Below are positions 1 through 10,275 of a stretch of DNA of 62,701 nucleotides, piece after piece. The position numbers were made by a program, and so were the translations under genes. Positions within the stretch are counted from its first letter, which is position 1. Every line of letters starts with the position of its first letter. Where the stretch lies: positions 1 through 62,701 of IMG/VR virus record IMGVR_UViG_3300044911_000843; one strand, 5' to 3'. Origin of the DNA: a virus (lineage: Duplodnaviria; Caudoviricetes). Under the pieces are notes generated by a model, which saw only the letters and a list, made by a program, of their open reading frames with translations, had not been told where the DNA came from and searched no databases.

Positions 1-1
1 C

Positions 2-3000
2 CTCCGAGTAATCGAACAGCCACTTGTTCGCCTCGCGTACCGCCTGCTCCGCAGACATCCCGTTCGGATGTTCCTTGGTCTTGGTCTCCATGGCATGCAT
101 GATCTTGGCGATCTTGCCCCATGTCTCCAGCTTCTGGTAGAAATCGGTTACGCTATTGGCTCCCTTGAGAAGCCCGCGATATACCGCACGCCATCCAGCG
201 AACCCGTTCTGCTTGTTGACTTCCAGCTTCTGTAGTTCCTCCGAGATGGCGAACAGTTCCTGTTCGGTCATGCTGGCATTTCCGACACCGAAGTCCTTGG
301 CGATCTTGAAGTACTTCCCGCCAGCCCGCATGTCGGTCGCGGAACGAACCATGTACGTTCCCAGCTTATGGATCGGCACACCTGACAGGTGCAGCAGGAT
401 CATGTTCGATGCGACGTTACGCATCTGGGAAGGCGGGTTCAGCGGAACCTTGAGGGTCTTCCATAGGCTGGTCAGGCGGCTGATCTTGGAACCCCTGTCG
501 CCAAACCAGTTGTCCCATGTGTTGTCTGGGTTGACGAAGTTGTTGGTGCCAATGATGTCTTCCGCGATCTGCTTCTGGACGATCATCCCCCGTAGAGGAC
601 CATAGTCGTAGGAGTCGGGAAGCTTGGTGTACTTGCTCTGGTCGTAGTTGGTGCGGTTAAGAGCAACGATACCCTCGTTGGCAACCCTGTCCATGTCGTC
701 GGCAATCGCCAGCATCCCAGCCTTGCGGGTGGGATCGGGTTCTCCAATAATCCTGTCTGTCCGGATGTCCTCAGCTTCCCGCTTCAGCCAGTCAGCCGTT
801 ACCCTCTTCCCATTCCATGTCACCAGACTCTGGGGCAGTGCCCAGTCCGAGTTATTGGATACCTTGTTGAGGAAATCCATGACCGCAAGGTCGCGCTGCG
901 TCCGGTAGATTGCATGGAAGGTACGGACGCCGGGGTCTTTAATCTCGCCCATGGCGAGGAGTTCTTCTGGACTCTTGGAGCTACGCTTCTTCGCCCATGA
1001 CAGGTTCGCCTTGATGCCGGAACCCTTGATCCCAGATGCATCGAGAAGATACTTGAGATACAGGCGAGGCAGATAGCTATCGACGTTCTTCTCGGCAACA
1101 CTTTCCGGAAGCAGATTGTTGTCGATCAGCTTCTGCTTCAGTTCCCCGTTGATGTAGTTCTTCAGCCTGATCGTATCTGCCCGGATACTAGAGGGAATCA
1201 GATTGGTATCGGCATTCGGTGTATCGAAGTAGGTGTTGACCGATTCTTTCTGGGCAGAAGTCAGCTTGGCGAAGAGGTTCTTGTACTTCGTACCTTGCTC
1301 TGTTGCGGCGTACTGGCTGCCACCAAGAAGGTTCCGCAAATCCCTGTACTGTTCCGGATTAGAAATCTCCGAGAACGGATTGAAGAATTTCTCGACCTTG
1401 CGCTTTACGTTCTGCTTCCACGAAGCCTTGTTGATGGCGTAGATCGAGGTCGGGTTCTGGCCGGGGGTCTGCTGGGCAGCCTGTTGCAGGGTTATGCTTG
1501 CTGTAGCAGGGCTCTCCATTCCTCCAGCGTCTTCGCTCTCTCTAACCTGATTCTCCAGAGAGCGAACTCCTTTATTCCCTTCCTGTTGGCTGGCGTTGGG
1601 TTCATTTCCAACGCCATTATCATTGACTCCATAACCGCGTCCGGTGTCTTTTTCCAATCCGCTCCACGTATTGGTGTCTCCGAGTGACGCAGTATAATTT
1701 TCTGTATCTGGTTCATAATAGGCATCCGTCAAAGCGGTTATTTCTTTTCGATACGAAAAGACAAGGGCTTCAAGGTCATCAAGATGACCCCTCATTACAT
1801 CCGGTCCGGGAAGATCACCGATAGCAGAAGCTAGGTCGATTTCCTGAGAGGCAAAACTAGCGCCATGATTCCGTTCGATTTCATGAGATGCTTCATGAAT
1901 CATCAAGGCGTACCACTTGGCAGCTATGCCACGAGGAGATGTGGTTCTTCCTCCCGCAACAGTGCCCGCTCTTTGCAGAGCAAGGGGGTTAATGAAGAAC
2001 CCATTGAACGGAACCCTTGTACTTACTCCGCGATATTCCTTGTCCAAGGATACGCCGACAATCCTTTTGTCGCCAGAAACAAAAGCCGCAAAGTTCTTCT
2101 CCCCTCCCTCGCTCGCGACACGGCCCAGCGTAAAGGCAAAGTCCTTGACGATGGAACCAAACTTGGCAAAGAATTCTTGTGCCTTCTTGGGGTCAGTCCC
2201 GGATTTCTCTTTAGCCCGCTCGATAACATCGATGTTCAGGTTGGAGTGGAAATACGGATTGCTTGGATTGAGTTTGGCAGTATCGGAGGCGAAATTATTT
2301 TCAGCCATCATGGCTTCGGTTACAGTGGACTGCATCTCCTTCCACTTCCCGGAAGTCGAAGAACCAAGGGATGTGTATGGCATCTCCATAAGAGACGACA
2401 TCTTCTTCACATCTTCTGCAATCGCTCTGCGATTTGATTCGGCCATGATCGCTTGCGAAATGTTCCCTACATCTTTGGCAATCTGTGGAGCCCAGTTCTC
2501 TCTGTCCGTTCTGAACGGATAAACATCTCCTCCGGAGCGGGAGTCTTCAGCAGTCACATCCTGAACGGGACGATTGTTCGGAAGAACATTCACGATTGCA
2601 TCAATGACAGGGGATTTGCCGCCCACATCTTTGACGTTCCAATTAAACTGGGGCATGCCAGCACTGTTAACGGCAACACTCCCGCCGTATTTCTGCATGT
2701 CCTTCCCAAGAAATAGTTCAATCTTGCCCCAAGGAAAGTTCATCTGCTTGGGGGGAAGAAATTTATCCATATCTGTTGCTGATGATTTGTCATAGTCATT
2801 GGACCTCATCTCATCCGGATTGTTTTCCTTGGTGTTAGAATTATAGATATCAAAATTCCCAACGAATTTACTGTCGAGAATGTTGGGCCTTGAGTATCCC
2901 CCAAACATCTGGAACGGAGTCTTAGTTCCATCCTTGTTTTTCTTTTCCGAAGGGAAGGTAACTTGAACAACCGTGCCATTGGGCCTGTCGGGGGTATTGG

Positions 3001-6000
3001 ATACCCGCGCCTGAATCGGCACGTTGTTCGTCAGCATATTCTTGATGGCTTCTGGATTAGACCTGACTTCGGTCGTCACCCCATTGTGGGTGGTCTTGAC
3101 GTATATTTCCTTTGAGCCAAGCAGGAAGGCAATCTTCGCCAGACCATATCCACCGGAAGATTCCTGCGGAGACAGACCTTTCTTTTCTGTGCCAAACACA
3201 GTGAAGAAGGCTTTGGTTACGGTGGGAGTGGACATGCCAATACCATTGTCCTTGATGGTAACGGTATTGGTAGCATTGTTCGCAAAGATTTCGACCTTGC
3301 CGCGACCGTTCAGGGTTTTGTTCTTCTGTGCAGCCTTGATGGCATCGAATGAATTCTGGACGAGTTCCTTGGCTGTCACCTGATCAATGCGATCAGAGTA
3401 CATGGTCATACCAAGAACATTCAGGGCTTCTGCGGTAGAGAAGCCACCCTGAATGCTTATATTCTTTCCTTCTTTATCCTGACTGAACTTCTCAGCCACC
3501 CCACTGATTGGCAAGGGATCGGCATTCAGGGAGTACGATGTTCTCCCATCTGCGGCGGTCTTCTCATCGACACTGAACATGCGCTCATAGACTTGCATGA
3601 TATGTTCCGGCACCTCGATGGACTTGCCATCGGGGGTCCTGATGTCGGAAGCCTTGGCGTAGACACCCTTCAGCCATGTAGCGAACTGCTTGAAAATCTT
3701 TGTGAGGGCTGCCGTCGGGCCTCTTCCGCTATAGAGGAACAACTCGAAACCGCGAGCGAACTTCTCGTGCTGGGCGGTGGTGAAGGGTTCGCCCTTGTTG
3801 CCAACCCAATCCCTGATGGTCTCCACATCCTTGGCGATCTGGGAATGGAACGGTGCATTCTTGACCATGCTCCGCAGCCAGAGATGCGAAGACTCATGCA
3901 TGAACGAACTGACGTTGGCTGCCTTGTAGAGCCGGATGATGGCGCTGTTGGGCAGCAGTTCTATCTCGGCGTTGACGATGTTCTCGGCAGTCTTCTGGTC
4001 GGGGTTCTGCTTGAGAAGACGGTTTGTTTCATCGAAGGTGCCGCGATTGAACTGGCTCTTTGTCTGGCCGTCGTTAAAGGGCACCACATGCAGGGTGTCC
4101 TTGGTCATCTCCTCCATGTTGGAGAACTGCTGGCCTGCCTGTTGGATCAGGCCGTCGTAATTCAATTTCTTGGCAAGGTCCTGTATCAACTGGCCGAACC
4201 CGCCGAACTCAGGGTCCGGATCGACATGACCAAACTTCCTGATGATGTCGTATACATCCTTGGCACTGACATTCCCGGTATTCTGATACTGGTTGTTCAG
4301 GATATTGACCGGGCCAGCGACATCAGCATTAGGATGGCTGTCGGCAAGATCATTCAGCGCCTTGATCAGGCGGGTGTAGTCTCGCCCGGTGAAGTTGGTG
4401 CCGTTGGTCCGCATGTCCATGGGGTTGTTCAGTCGGACATAGACCGGCATCACCACGCCACTGGTGTCTCCAAAGATTTCCTTCTCGGCAATTGAGCGCG
4501 AGACGTTGTTACCTTCCTGCGCTTCCAGTGCGTCATACACCTTGTTCGGCAGGGACAGGAGCGCCTCAGGCCAATACTTCCCTTTCAGGACTTTCCCGAC
4601 AAAGCTGTTGGCATCCCATGGACCATTGTTTGCAAGGTATTCCGACAGGTACTTGGCTCTCTCCTCCTTGGGGAGGTTGGTCAGATAGTCATCTATCTCG
4701 GACGTTCTGCGATTTACACGGTGGACTGCATCGGGACCTTCACGGGTGCCGTAATTAGCCGAAGCATCACGCGGGTTTGTGCTGACGTAGAAGCCCTGAC
4801 CTAGGGCACCCGTCTTGTCTCCCTTGCGGGAGTTGACCCGCCTTATGTTCCCATGGGTGGTGCCATGGTAAGCTTTGAACACAGCGGGACCGCCGCGATA
4901 GTTTGCAGGCCTCTCCACCAGAGGGGCACCCTTGGCCCATCTCTTGAAGTTAGCCCACCATGTTCCGCGATCCTCGATCAGCCCTTCCTGAGGACCTTTG
5001 ATGTCCCCCTCCTGCTTGAGGATGTTGGAGCCCGAGTCATAGGTCCCACGGTTATGGACAGACTTGATCTGGTTGGCGTCCTTCAGAACAACCCAGACGC
5101 CGTTCCCGTAGGTAACTCCGTCGTATCCCTGACGCCGTAGCTGATTGAAGAAATCAGACTGAACCTTCTTGTACCCCATGGCACCAAGGCGTCCGCTTGC
5201 CTGATTCAGTTGATCCGTGTCGGCCCTAGTCATGGTGTAGGGATTTTCGATCCTGACATGGACCGGCATCACCCGCGAAGCGGTGTTGGTCTTCTCCATC
5301 TTCCAGCCAGCACCTTGGCGGTATCCCATGCTGTCGTTCTGCATGGCGTACTGAGACGCAGATTCAGGATCGGTGGTGAACCACGCACCATGGGGTCCAA
5401 CCTTGAAGCCAGAGAAGTCCTTATCCTTGGAGGTGCCGTGGTAGAGGGTGATGGGGGCACCATCTTCATTGGCTACCTTGCTGCGGCCAAACCAGTTACG
5501 GAATGCTGAACCCAACTGACTGAGGGTCGTCTTGTTCTTTGGCGGCCAATGATGATCAGTCGCAGCTTCAGCAAACTTCTTCGCCTCTGGCAGAGGCATC
5601 CCGTTGTTGTAAGCTTCGACAACTACCCTGTCGTAGTAGCTGTTGTCGTTCTCGGAGGGACGCTTGGCTGGATAGTTGGTCTGCGCTGAAGCGGACGTTG
5701 TTTTGGTGGGATACTTGGCTTCGGTTGTCTTGGTCGCCTCTGCAACAGGGTCCTTCACGCCCTTCTTCTGTAGCCGAAGGATTTCGTTGTTGAAGAACTG
5801 CGTCTTGCTCTGTTCTGGAGCAGCAGGCACCTCGGGGGCGGCGGTCGGCTTCTTCAGGAACTTCTTGGGTGGGGGTGCCGCTACCTCAGGCTGGGCATTC
5901 GGATCGCCGCCATACTGGACCGAAAGATTCTCCAGCTTGTACTCATCGAAGGCAGTCGTGCCCTTTAGCCTAGCCAGCGTCTCATAGCGATCTCGCCAAA

Positions 6001-7492
6001 TCTTGGCCATGGCATTGATCTGGATCGGATTGGCAGATGCCTTCTGGCCAGCCGCGATTTCCTGCTGGGCCACAGCCCTTAGCTGTTCCGCTATGTGATC
6101 GAAGACTTGCTGCCCGGTATTATCTTTCTTCCCAGCGGGGGCTTTGGGGGGAGGAGGAGGGGAAGGGGCTACAGGGGCCGCAGGCGGGGCTACGGGGGCC
6201 GCTGGAGGGGGTGCCGGGGAAGCCGGGGGTTGGGGGACAGCAGGACCGGAAGGCCCTCCAGCAGGCCCGGAAGGGCCACCCGGAGGGGGGCTACCCAGAG
6301 GGGGCTGTGTGTCATCCCCGCCATAGCCGGTGCTACCGGGCGTACCATCGTGGCGATCAGCCGGGTAAACCTGAGGAGCGTAAGGATTCGGGTATTCATC
6401 CGGACGCTCGATATAGGGAAGCAGCTTCTGAGGCGTGAGATCAGGAGCAGGCTTGGGTTCTCCCCATCCAGTGGATGTCGGGTCTAGGTCATGCCTTCCA
6501 GCGGGATATGTCTGAGGTGCCCATTCATTCGGGTACTCAGGCATATTGGGTCTGTATTCAAGCAGTCCTGCGGGTCCCGGAGGGGGAGTAGACGGAGGAG
6601 CAGGCGGGACGGAGGGGTCATCCGCCGTGGGGGATGGGTCGGCCTGCGGTTTCTTGATTCCCGAAGCACCACCACCCAGCAAACCCATGGCACCACCAAC
6701 GATACCAGAGTCTCGGATTTCTTTCCGAACCTCCGGGGGCATCGCGTAGGCCTTTTCTGGATTGGCCTGTAGAACCTCCAGCCACTGCTGCGCCATCTCT
6801 GTGAGACCCTCCGTAAGGCCTCCCTCGATGGCTTTAGCGGCCATACGGCTGACGGTCTTCTTGGCAATGGAAGCCGGGACCTTGAACAGTCCACCGAACA
6901 GGCCGCCCCCAAGCAGGGAGTCCAATGACGCTTGAGCCAAGGCAGTGCCACTCGCTGTGGCAAGGTCGGTATCGGCAAGCGGAACCTTGTTCTCTTCGGT
7001 CTGACGCTTGAGGTTAGAGCCAATGAATTGGGGTATCGCCGCAGCGGCACCGCCAATAAGGGAACCAGCCAGCGAACCCAGAGGACCGCCAGCGAGGCCA
7101 ATAGCGGCACCTGTGGCACCACCAGCCATGACGGGGGCCATGCTGGGCAGCGATGATACTGCCTGTTCATAGATGCCCTTGGCGCTATTCCATGTCCACG
7201 GGTTCTCCTCGATCTCGGTGAGGGGACGAGTAGCTTGACGGGCGTAGTTCTCTTGCGCCTGCTTCTCGACTTCCCCGGCCCACTCAGGCGCACCAACGGC
7301 ATGCAGGATGCGGGCTCCACCCGTCCGGAGATCACCCTTCAGGCCTTCAATGCCAGCACCGATCAGAGTCTCTTTGGGTAGAGGCGGGGGAGCGGGAGCC
7401 TTCTTACTGACGACGACCGGATCGTTCGCCCACCATTCATCTCCCTTGGAGGGAGACTGCCCAGCTATTGGATCATTCTCCCACCAACTCAT
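2..7492 (-). CDS. Giant polyvalent, probably virion-injected protein (partial, >2,490 aa): Pro-rich linker, 2x ART-PolyVal-like, zincin, GHKL ATPase, zincin, helical C-terminal region
   Basis: ATG at 7492 overlaps the upstream stop (ATGA); the frame reads open to the window edge (MSWWENDP...NKWLFDYSE). Motifs: LYHGT..GAWFTT..MPVHVRIENP..GYDGV (~5450-5040); AYHGT..GFYVST..MPVYVRLNNP..NYDG (~4875-4030); FMHESSH (~3890); KELVQNSFDA/IKDNGIGM/GGYGLAK/NGTVV (~3370-2970); IHEASHEIERNH (~1880). Confidence 0.88.
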   Translation of the reverse strand, partial: MSWWENDPIAGQSPSKGDEWWANDPVVVSKKAPAPPPLPKETLIGAGIEGLKGDLRTGGARILHAVGAPEWAGEVEKQAQENYARQATRPLTEIEENPWTWNSAKGIYEQAVSSLPSMAPVMAGGATGAAIGLAGGPLGSLAGSLIGGAAAAIPQFIGSNLKRQTEENKVPLADTDLATASGTALAQASLDSLLGGGLFGGLFKVPASIAKKTVSRMAAKAIEGGLTEGLTEMAQQWLEVLQANPEKAYAMPPEVRKEIRDSGIVGGAMGLLGGGASGIKKPQADPSPTADDPSVPPAPPSTPPPGPAGLLEYRPNMPEYPNEWAPQTYPAGRHDLDPTSTGWGEPKPAPDLTPQKLLPYIERPDEYPNPYAPQVYPADRHDGTPGSTGYGGDDTQPPLGSPPPGGPSGPAGGPSGPAVPQPPASPAPPPAAPVAPPAAPVAPSPPPPPKAPAGKKDNTGQQVFDHIAEQLRAVAQQEIAAGQKASANPIQINAMAKIWRDRYETLARLKGTTAFDEYKLENLSVQYGGDPNAQPEVAAPPPKKFLKKPTAAPEVPAAPEQSKTQFFNNEILRLQKKGVKDPVAEATKTTEAKYPTKTTSASAQTNYPAKRPSENDNSYYDRVVVEAYNNGMPLPEAKKFAEAATDHHWPPKNKTTLSQLGSAFRNWFGRSKVANEDGAPITLYHGTSKDKDFSGFKVGPHGAWFTTDPESASQYAMQNDSMGYRQGAGWKMEKTNTASRVMPVHVRIENPYTMTRADTDQLNQASGRLGAMGYKKVQSDFFNQLRRQGYDGVTYGNGVWVVLKDANQIKSVHNRGTYDSGSNILKQEGDIKGPQEGLIEDRGTWWANFKRWAKGAPLVERPANYRGGPAVFKAYHGTTHGNIRRVNSRKGDKTGALGQGFYVSTNPRDASANYGTREGPDAVHRVNRRTSEIDDYLTNLPKEERAKYLSEYLANNGPWDANSFVGKVLKGKYWPEALLSLPNKVYDALEAQEGNNVSRSIAEKEIFGDTSGVVMPVYVRLNNPMDMRTNGTNFTGRDYTRLIKALNDLADSHPNADVAGPVNILNNQYQNTGNVSAKDVYDIIRKFGHVDPDPEFGGFGQLIQDLAKKLNYDGLIQQAGQQFSNMEEMTKDTLHVVPFNDGQTKSQFNRGTFDETNRLLKQNPDQKTAENIVNAEIELLPNSAIIRLYKAANVSSFMHESSHLWLRSMVKNAPFHSQIAKDVETIRDWVGNKGEPFTTAQHEKFARGFELFLYSGRGPTAALTKIFKQFATWLKGVYAKASDIRTPDGKSIEVPEHIMQVYERMFSVDEKTAADGRTSYSLNADPLPISGVAEKFSQDKEGKNISIQGGFSTAEALNVLGMTMYSDRIDQVTAKELVQNSFDAIKAAQKNKTLNGRGKVEIFANNATNTVTIKDNGIGMSTPTVTKAFFTVFGTEKKGLSPQESSGGYGLAKIAFLLGSKEIYVKTTHNGVTTEVRSNPEAIKNMLTNNVPIQARVSNTPDRPNGTVVQVTFPSEKKNKDGTKTPFQMFGGYSRPNILDSKFVGNFDIYNSNTKENNPDEMRSNDYDKSSATDMDKFLPPKQMNFPWGKIELFLGKDMQKYGGSVAVNSAGMPQFNWNVKDVGGKSPVIDAIVNVLPNNRPVQDVTAEDSRSGGDVYPFRTDRENWAPQIAKDVGNISQAIMAESNRRAIAEDVKKMSSLMEMPYTSLGSSTSGKWKEMQSTVTEAMMAENNFASDTAKLNPSNPYFHSNLNIDVIERAKEKSGTDPKKAQEFFAKFGSIVKDFAFTLGRVASEGGEKNFAAFVSGDKRIVGVSLDKEYRGVSTRVPFNGFFINPLALQRAGTVAGGRTTSPRGIAAKWYALMIHEASHEIERNHGASFASQEIDLASAIGDLPGPDVMRGHLDDLEALVFSYRKEITALTDAYYEPDTENYTASLGDTNTWSGLEKDTGRGYGVNDNGVGNEPNASQQEGNKGVRSLENQVRESEDAGGMESPATASITLQQAAQQTPGQNPTSIYAINKASWKQNVKRKVEKFFNPFSEISNPEQYRDLRNLLGGSQYAATEQGTKYKNLFAKLTSAQKESVNTYFDTPNADTNLIPSSIRADTIRLKNYINGELKQKLIDNNLLPESVAEKNVDSYLPRLYLKYLLDASGIKGSGIKANLSWAKKRSSKSPEELLAMGEIKDPGVRTFHAIYRTQRDLAVMDFLNKVSNNSDWALPQSLVTWNGKRVTADWLKREAEDIRTDRIIGEPDPTRKAGMLAIADDMDRVANEGIVALNRTNYDQSKYTKLPDSYDYGPLRGMIVQKQIAEDIIGTNNFVNPDNTWDNWFGDRGSKISRLTSLWKTLKVPLNPPSQMRNVASNMILLHLSGVPIHKLGTYMVRSATDMRAGGKYFKIAKDFGVGNASMTEQELFAISEELQKLEVNKQNGFAGWRAVYRGLLKGANSVTDFYQKLETWGKIAKIMHAMETKTKEHPNGMSAEQAVREANKWLFDYSE
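6345..6565 (-). repeat. Internal 26-aa duplication in the polyvalent protein
   Basis: LLEYRPNMPEYPNEWAPQTYPAGRHD vs LLPYIERPDEYPNPYAPQVYPADRHD. Confidence 0.7.
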
Positions 7493-10275
7493 GGCTTCGT
7501 CCTCACCGTTCCATCGGGGGCAGTGTATTGGGTGCCGGAAGGCATACGATCATAGGCAGATTTGGTTGTGGGTGATGTAGTCACCCGTCCGGACCTGTCG
7601 GCAATACCGCCGCGAAGCTGACTAAGGTCTCTAACAAGGGCGTGCATTGCAGCTTCTTGAGCCGCAATCCTTTCGCGGAGAGCCTTCTGTTCTTCCGGGC
7701 TGGCCCCACTCGTGCCCATGGCAGTAAGCAGACGCTCATTCCTGTCTATGGAGGTGGACAGGGTATTGATGGACGACTGAATGCTACCTGCTTCCCTTAG
7801 CGCACGGCTTTCTGCACGATCCAATACCCGCTCTTCGCGGGCATCGGCCCTAGCAGAGGCAGCATCAGACCTAGCACCAGCAGCGGCACCAGCAGCATCC
7901 CGTCTGGCTGCCGCCTTCTCCCGCATTTCTTCGAAATGCATCTTCACCTTGACGGCCATCTCAAGCTGTCTCTCGTCCCTGTTGGCGCGAGCAATCTGGA
8001 TGGCATTCTCGGCAGAGCGGATAGCCTGATTGGCGACACGGAACTCCTTCTCTGCCGCGCTCCATTCACTGATGCCAGCGGTTACGCCAGCAGAGATGTT
8101 GGACAGCGCATTGGAAGAGGTGCCACCAGCCATGGTCATGCCAGCTTTAAGCAGGGCCAGACCCTTGTCGCTTTCCCGGCCAGCCTTCAGGTCATCGCGC
8201 TCCTGCTGGTTACGGGCCTCAATCTCACCGAATCGATCTGGCAACTGCAAGCCACGGACCTGTCCGACGAAACCATCGAGATCAGGATTTAAAGCAGCAC
8301 CAATGCCACCATTAGGAGAGCCGCCGCCACGACGGCCATCACCACCGCTAGGTCCGCTTGCATCAGGAATACCTCCGCCCGGAGGAGAAATCTGTCTGCG
8401 CGAAGAAGGAGGGGGTTGAGCGCCCGGAACAACAGGTCCTTTGCCCTGAGGAATAGGTGCTTTGCCCGGAGCAAAACCTCCTTCATCAACATCTCCATTC
8501 GGGTTACTCAGGGCAGGCTCAAGCCGCCCGGTGTTGTCGATCCCTGCGGCGGGAATTCCAGCGGAAGACGCGGTCAGGTCTTTTTTCTTCTGCTCCAGAA
8601 CAGCATTCTTTGCTTCAATTTCCGCACGCTCGGCTTCTGTAGTTTGTGTGAACCAACTGGGTCTATTGCCTACCTGCTCCATAGTGAGCAAATCTTTTTC
8701 ACTAAAGACAGGCTCGGGCTTTTTATTCCATTGCTTCACCAATGGGTCCACAATGTTTCTTCCGAAAGCCGAAGAGCGCGGCTCAGACGGCAGAATATAT
8801 GTACCCTCTGGATAGGGATTGTATTGATTGCCTAGCGCGGGGTTGATGGGACCCGGTATTCTATTTTCAGACTGACGGGAGAGCGGATAAGGATTCGGGA
8901 GAATGGCATTGGGATTCTCCAATCCAATCCGTTCCCTCGTCGCTTCAGCATCGGCTACATCCTGTTCGGTGATAGCCGTTGGGCGAATGCTACGCTCAGT
9001 CGGCATACCCATTGCCCGCTGTGCGCGATACAGCCAACTCGGAATACCGCCGCCCTTGTCGAAGCGAACCGGACCACCGTCACCAAAGCGAACCGGACCA
9101 CCACGGTAATAGGTTGCACCAGTACCACCTCCAGTGCCGTCATCCCCGCTGTTCCCTGCTGACGCCGCGCCTGCACTCGCCGCGCTTGCGTCTGCCGCAG
9201 CCCCATCTGCTGCGGCACTGTTGCTAGAAGACGTTCCGCTGTCACTAGCGCCACCACTACCCGGTCCACCAGAGTTGGCACCGCCGAAGGTATCAATGTA
9301 CGAAACCGATTGATACGGGTTCATGTTGGAGGCACCGGCAATCCCAAGCCTTTGGTCGGTGATGCCGATACCTTTCAGGATATCCTGAATGGTCGTTGGG
9401 CCGGGAAGGGCTCCAGAGGAAGCCAAGGCTGCCTTCGTGGGCCTTAATGCTTCCTGTGCCTTGTCTGCTTCAATAGAAGAGAATGGACCAGTGATGGCGG
9501 GAATATTGTTTCCGCTGCTGGAAGGCAGTGCCATCTGACCAGTAATCATACGCCACAAATCCGGAACAGAAGTGTTTCCGTATATGACGCCGCCATTGTC
9601 ATAATGCACCGGACCGCCATCGGCAAAGCCCTTGAAGCCCAGCAGTCTTGGAACAGGACCAATCATAGAGTTGGCAAAGCCTTTGAAGCTGTCGCCAACA
9701 GACTGCCCTGCGATGATGCCAGCCAGCGGGCCAAGGGCTGCGGGGTTGAAGCTGCCATCTTCCTTCTTGAATCCAGCAAGGATATCCTTCTCGTCCTTGC
9801 GCGGAGGGGAGCTACCATTGTTTTGGCTGTTATAATTCCCAAGCGTTCCCATGGTGGCTCCAACAGCCGGTGTCGCGCCGGGGGCCATGATGGCACCGCC
9901 AGCCGCGAACTGCTGCTGCTGCATCGGAGCCTGCATCGGAGCCTGCATCGGAGCCTGCATTGGAGGCTGCATTGGAGGCTGCATCGGGGGCGGCATCGGC
10001 GGCTGTTCCCCTCCGGGGGATGAAGGCATCGCCCCGCGTACCGCCTCGCCGTACTTACCGACATCAGCACCACCAAGACCGCGAGAGAACTCTTCGGCCA
10101 TGCTGCTACCGGGCTTGCCCTGCAAGGACTGGTAACTGGCACGCATGTCCTTCCGGCGCTGGAGTTCGGAGAGAGCCAGATACGAAGGCAGCGCCCCAGA
10201 CGGATTGAGAAGCTCCTGCTGGAGTTGCTGGTCCGAAAGTTCCTTGGCGGAATTCTGCTGCTGAAGGATGTTCAT
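7489..10275 (-). CDS. Putative DNA ejection / internal virion protein
   Basis: Gly/Ala/Pro/Gln-rich with a C-terminal coiled coil; lies between the nozzle and the polyvalent gene; start moved to ATG 10275 (TAATG overlap); six [FY]xxGG motifs. Confidence 0.7.
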   Translation of the reverse strand: MNILQQQNSAKELSDQQLQQELLNPSGALPSYLALSELQRRKDMRASYQSLQGKPGSSMAEEFSRGLGGADVGKYGEAVRGAMPSSPGGEQPPMPPPMQPPMQPPMQAPMQAPMQAPMQQQQFAAGGAIMAPGATPAVGATMGTLGNYNSQNNGSSPPRKDEKDILAGFKKEDGSFNPAALGPLAGIIAGQSVGDSFKGFANSMIGPVPRLLGFKGFADGGPVHYDNGGVIYGNTSVPDLWRMITGQMALPSSSGNNIPAITGPFSSIEADKAQEALRPTKAALASSGALPGPTTIQDILKGIGITDQRLGIAGASNMNPYQSVSYIDTFGGANSGGPGSGGASDSGTSSSNSAAADGAAADASAASAGAASAGNSGDDGTGGGTGATYYRGGPVRFGDGGPVRFDKGGGIPSWLYRAQRAMGMPTERSIRPTAITEQDVADAEATRERIGLENPNAILPNPYPLSRQSENRIPGPINPALGNQYNPYPEGTYILPSEPRSSAFGRNIVDPLVKQWNKKPEPVFSEKDLLTMEQVGNRPSWFTQTTEAERAEIEAKNAVLEQKKKDLTASSAGIPAAGIDNTGRLEPALSNPNGDVDEGGFAPGKAPIPQGKGPVVPGAQPPPSSRRQISPPGGGIPDASGPSGGDGRRGGGSPNGGIGAALNPDLDGFVGQVRGLQLPDRFGEIEARNQQERDDLKAGRESDKGLALLKAGMTMAGGTSSNALSNISAGVTAGISEWSAAEKEFRVANQAIRSAENAIQIARANRDERQLEMAVKVKMHFEEMREKAAARRDAAGAAAGARSDAASARADAREERVLDRAESRALREAGSIQSSINTLSTSIDRNERLLTAMGTSGASPEEQKALRERIAAQEAAMHALVRDLSQLRGGIADRSGRVTTSPTTKSAYDRMPSGTQYTAPDGTVRTKP
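9919..10002. repeat. 12-bp tandem repeat x7 encoding (Q/P)(A/P)PM
   Basis: CTGCATCGGAGC x3, CTGCATTGGAGG x2 and two degenerate units. Confidence 0.9.

Noticed and set aside
156-7335. Many ORF-track entries (e.g. 3593-4495 +, 6484-7335 -)
   Set aside because: Antisense or off-frame shadows of the giant minus-strand gene, with no recognisable motifs
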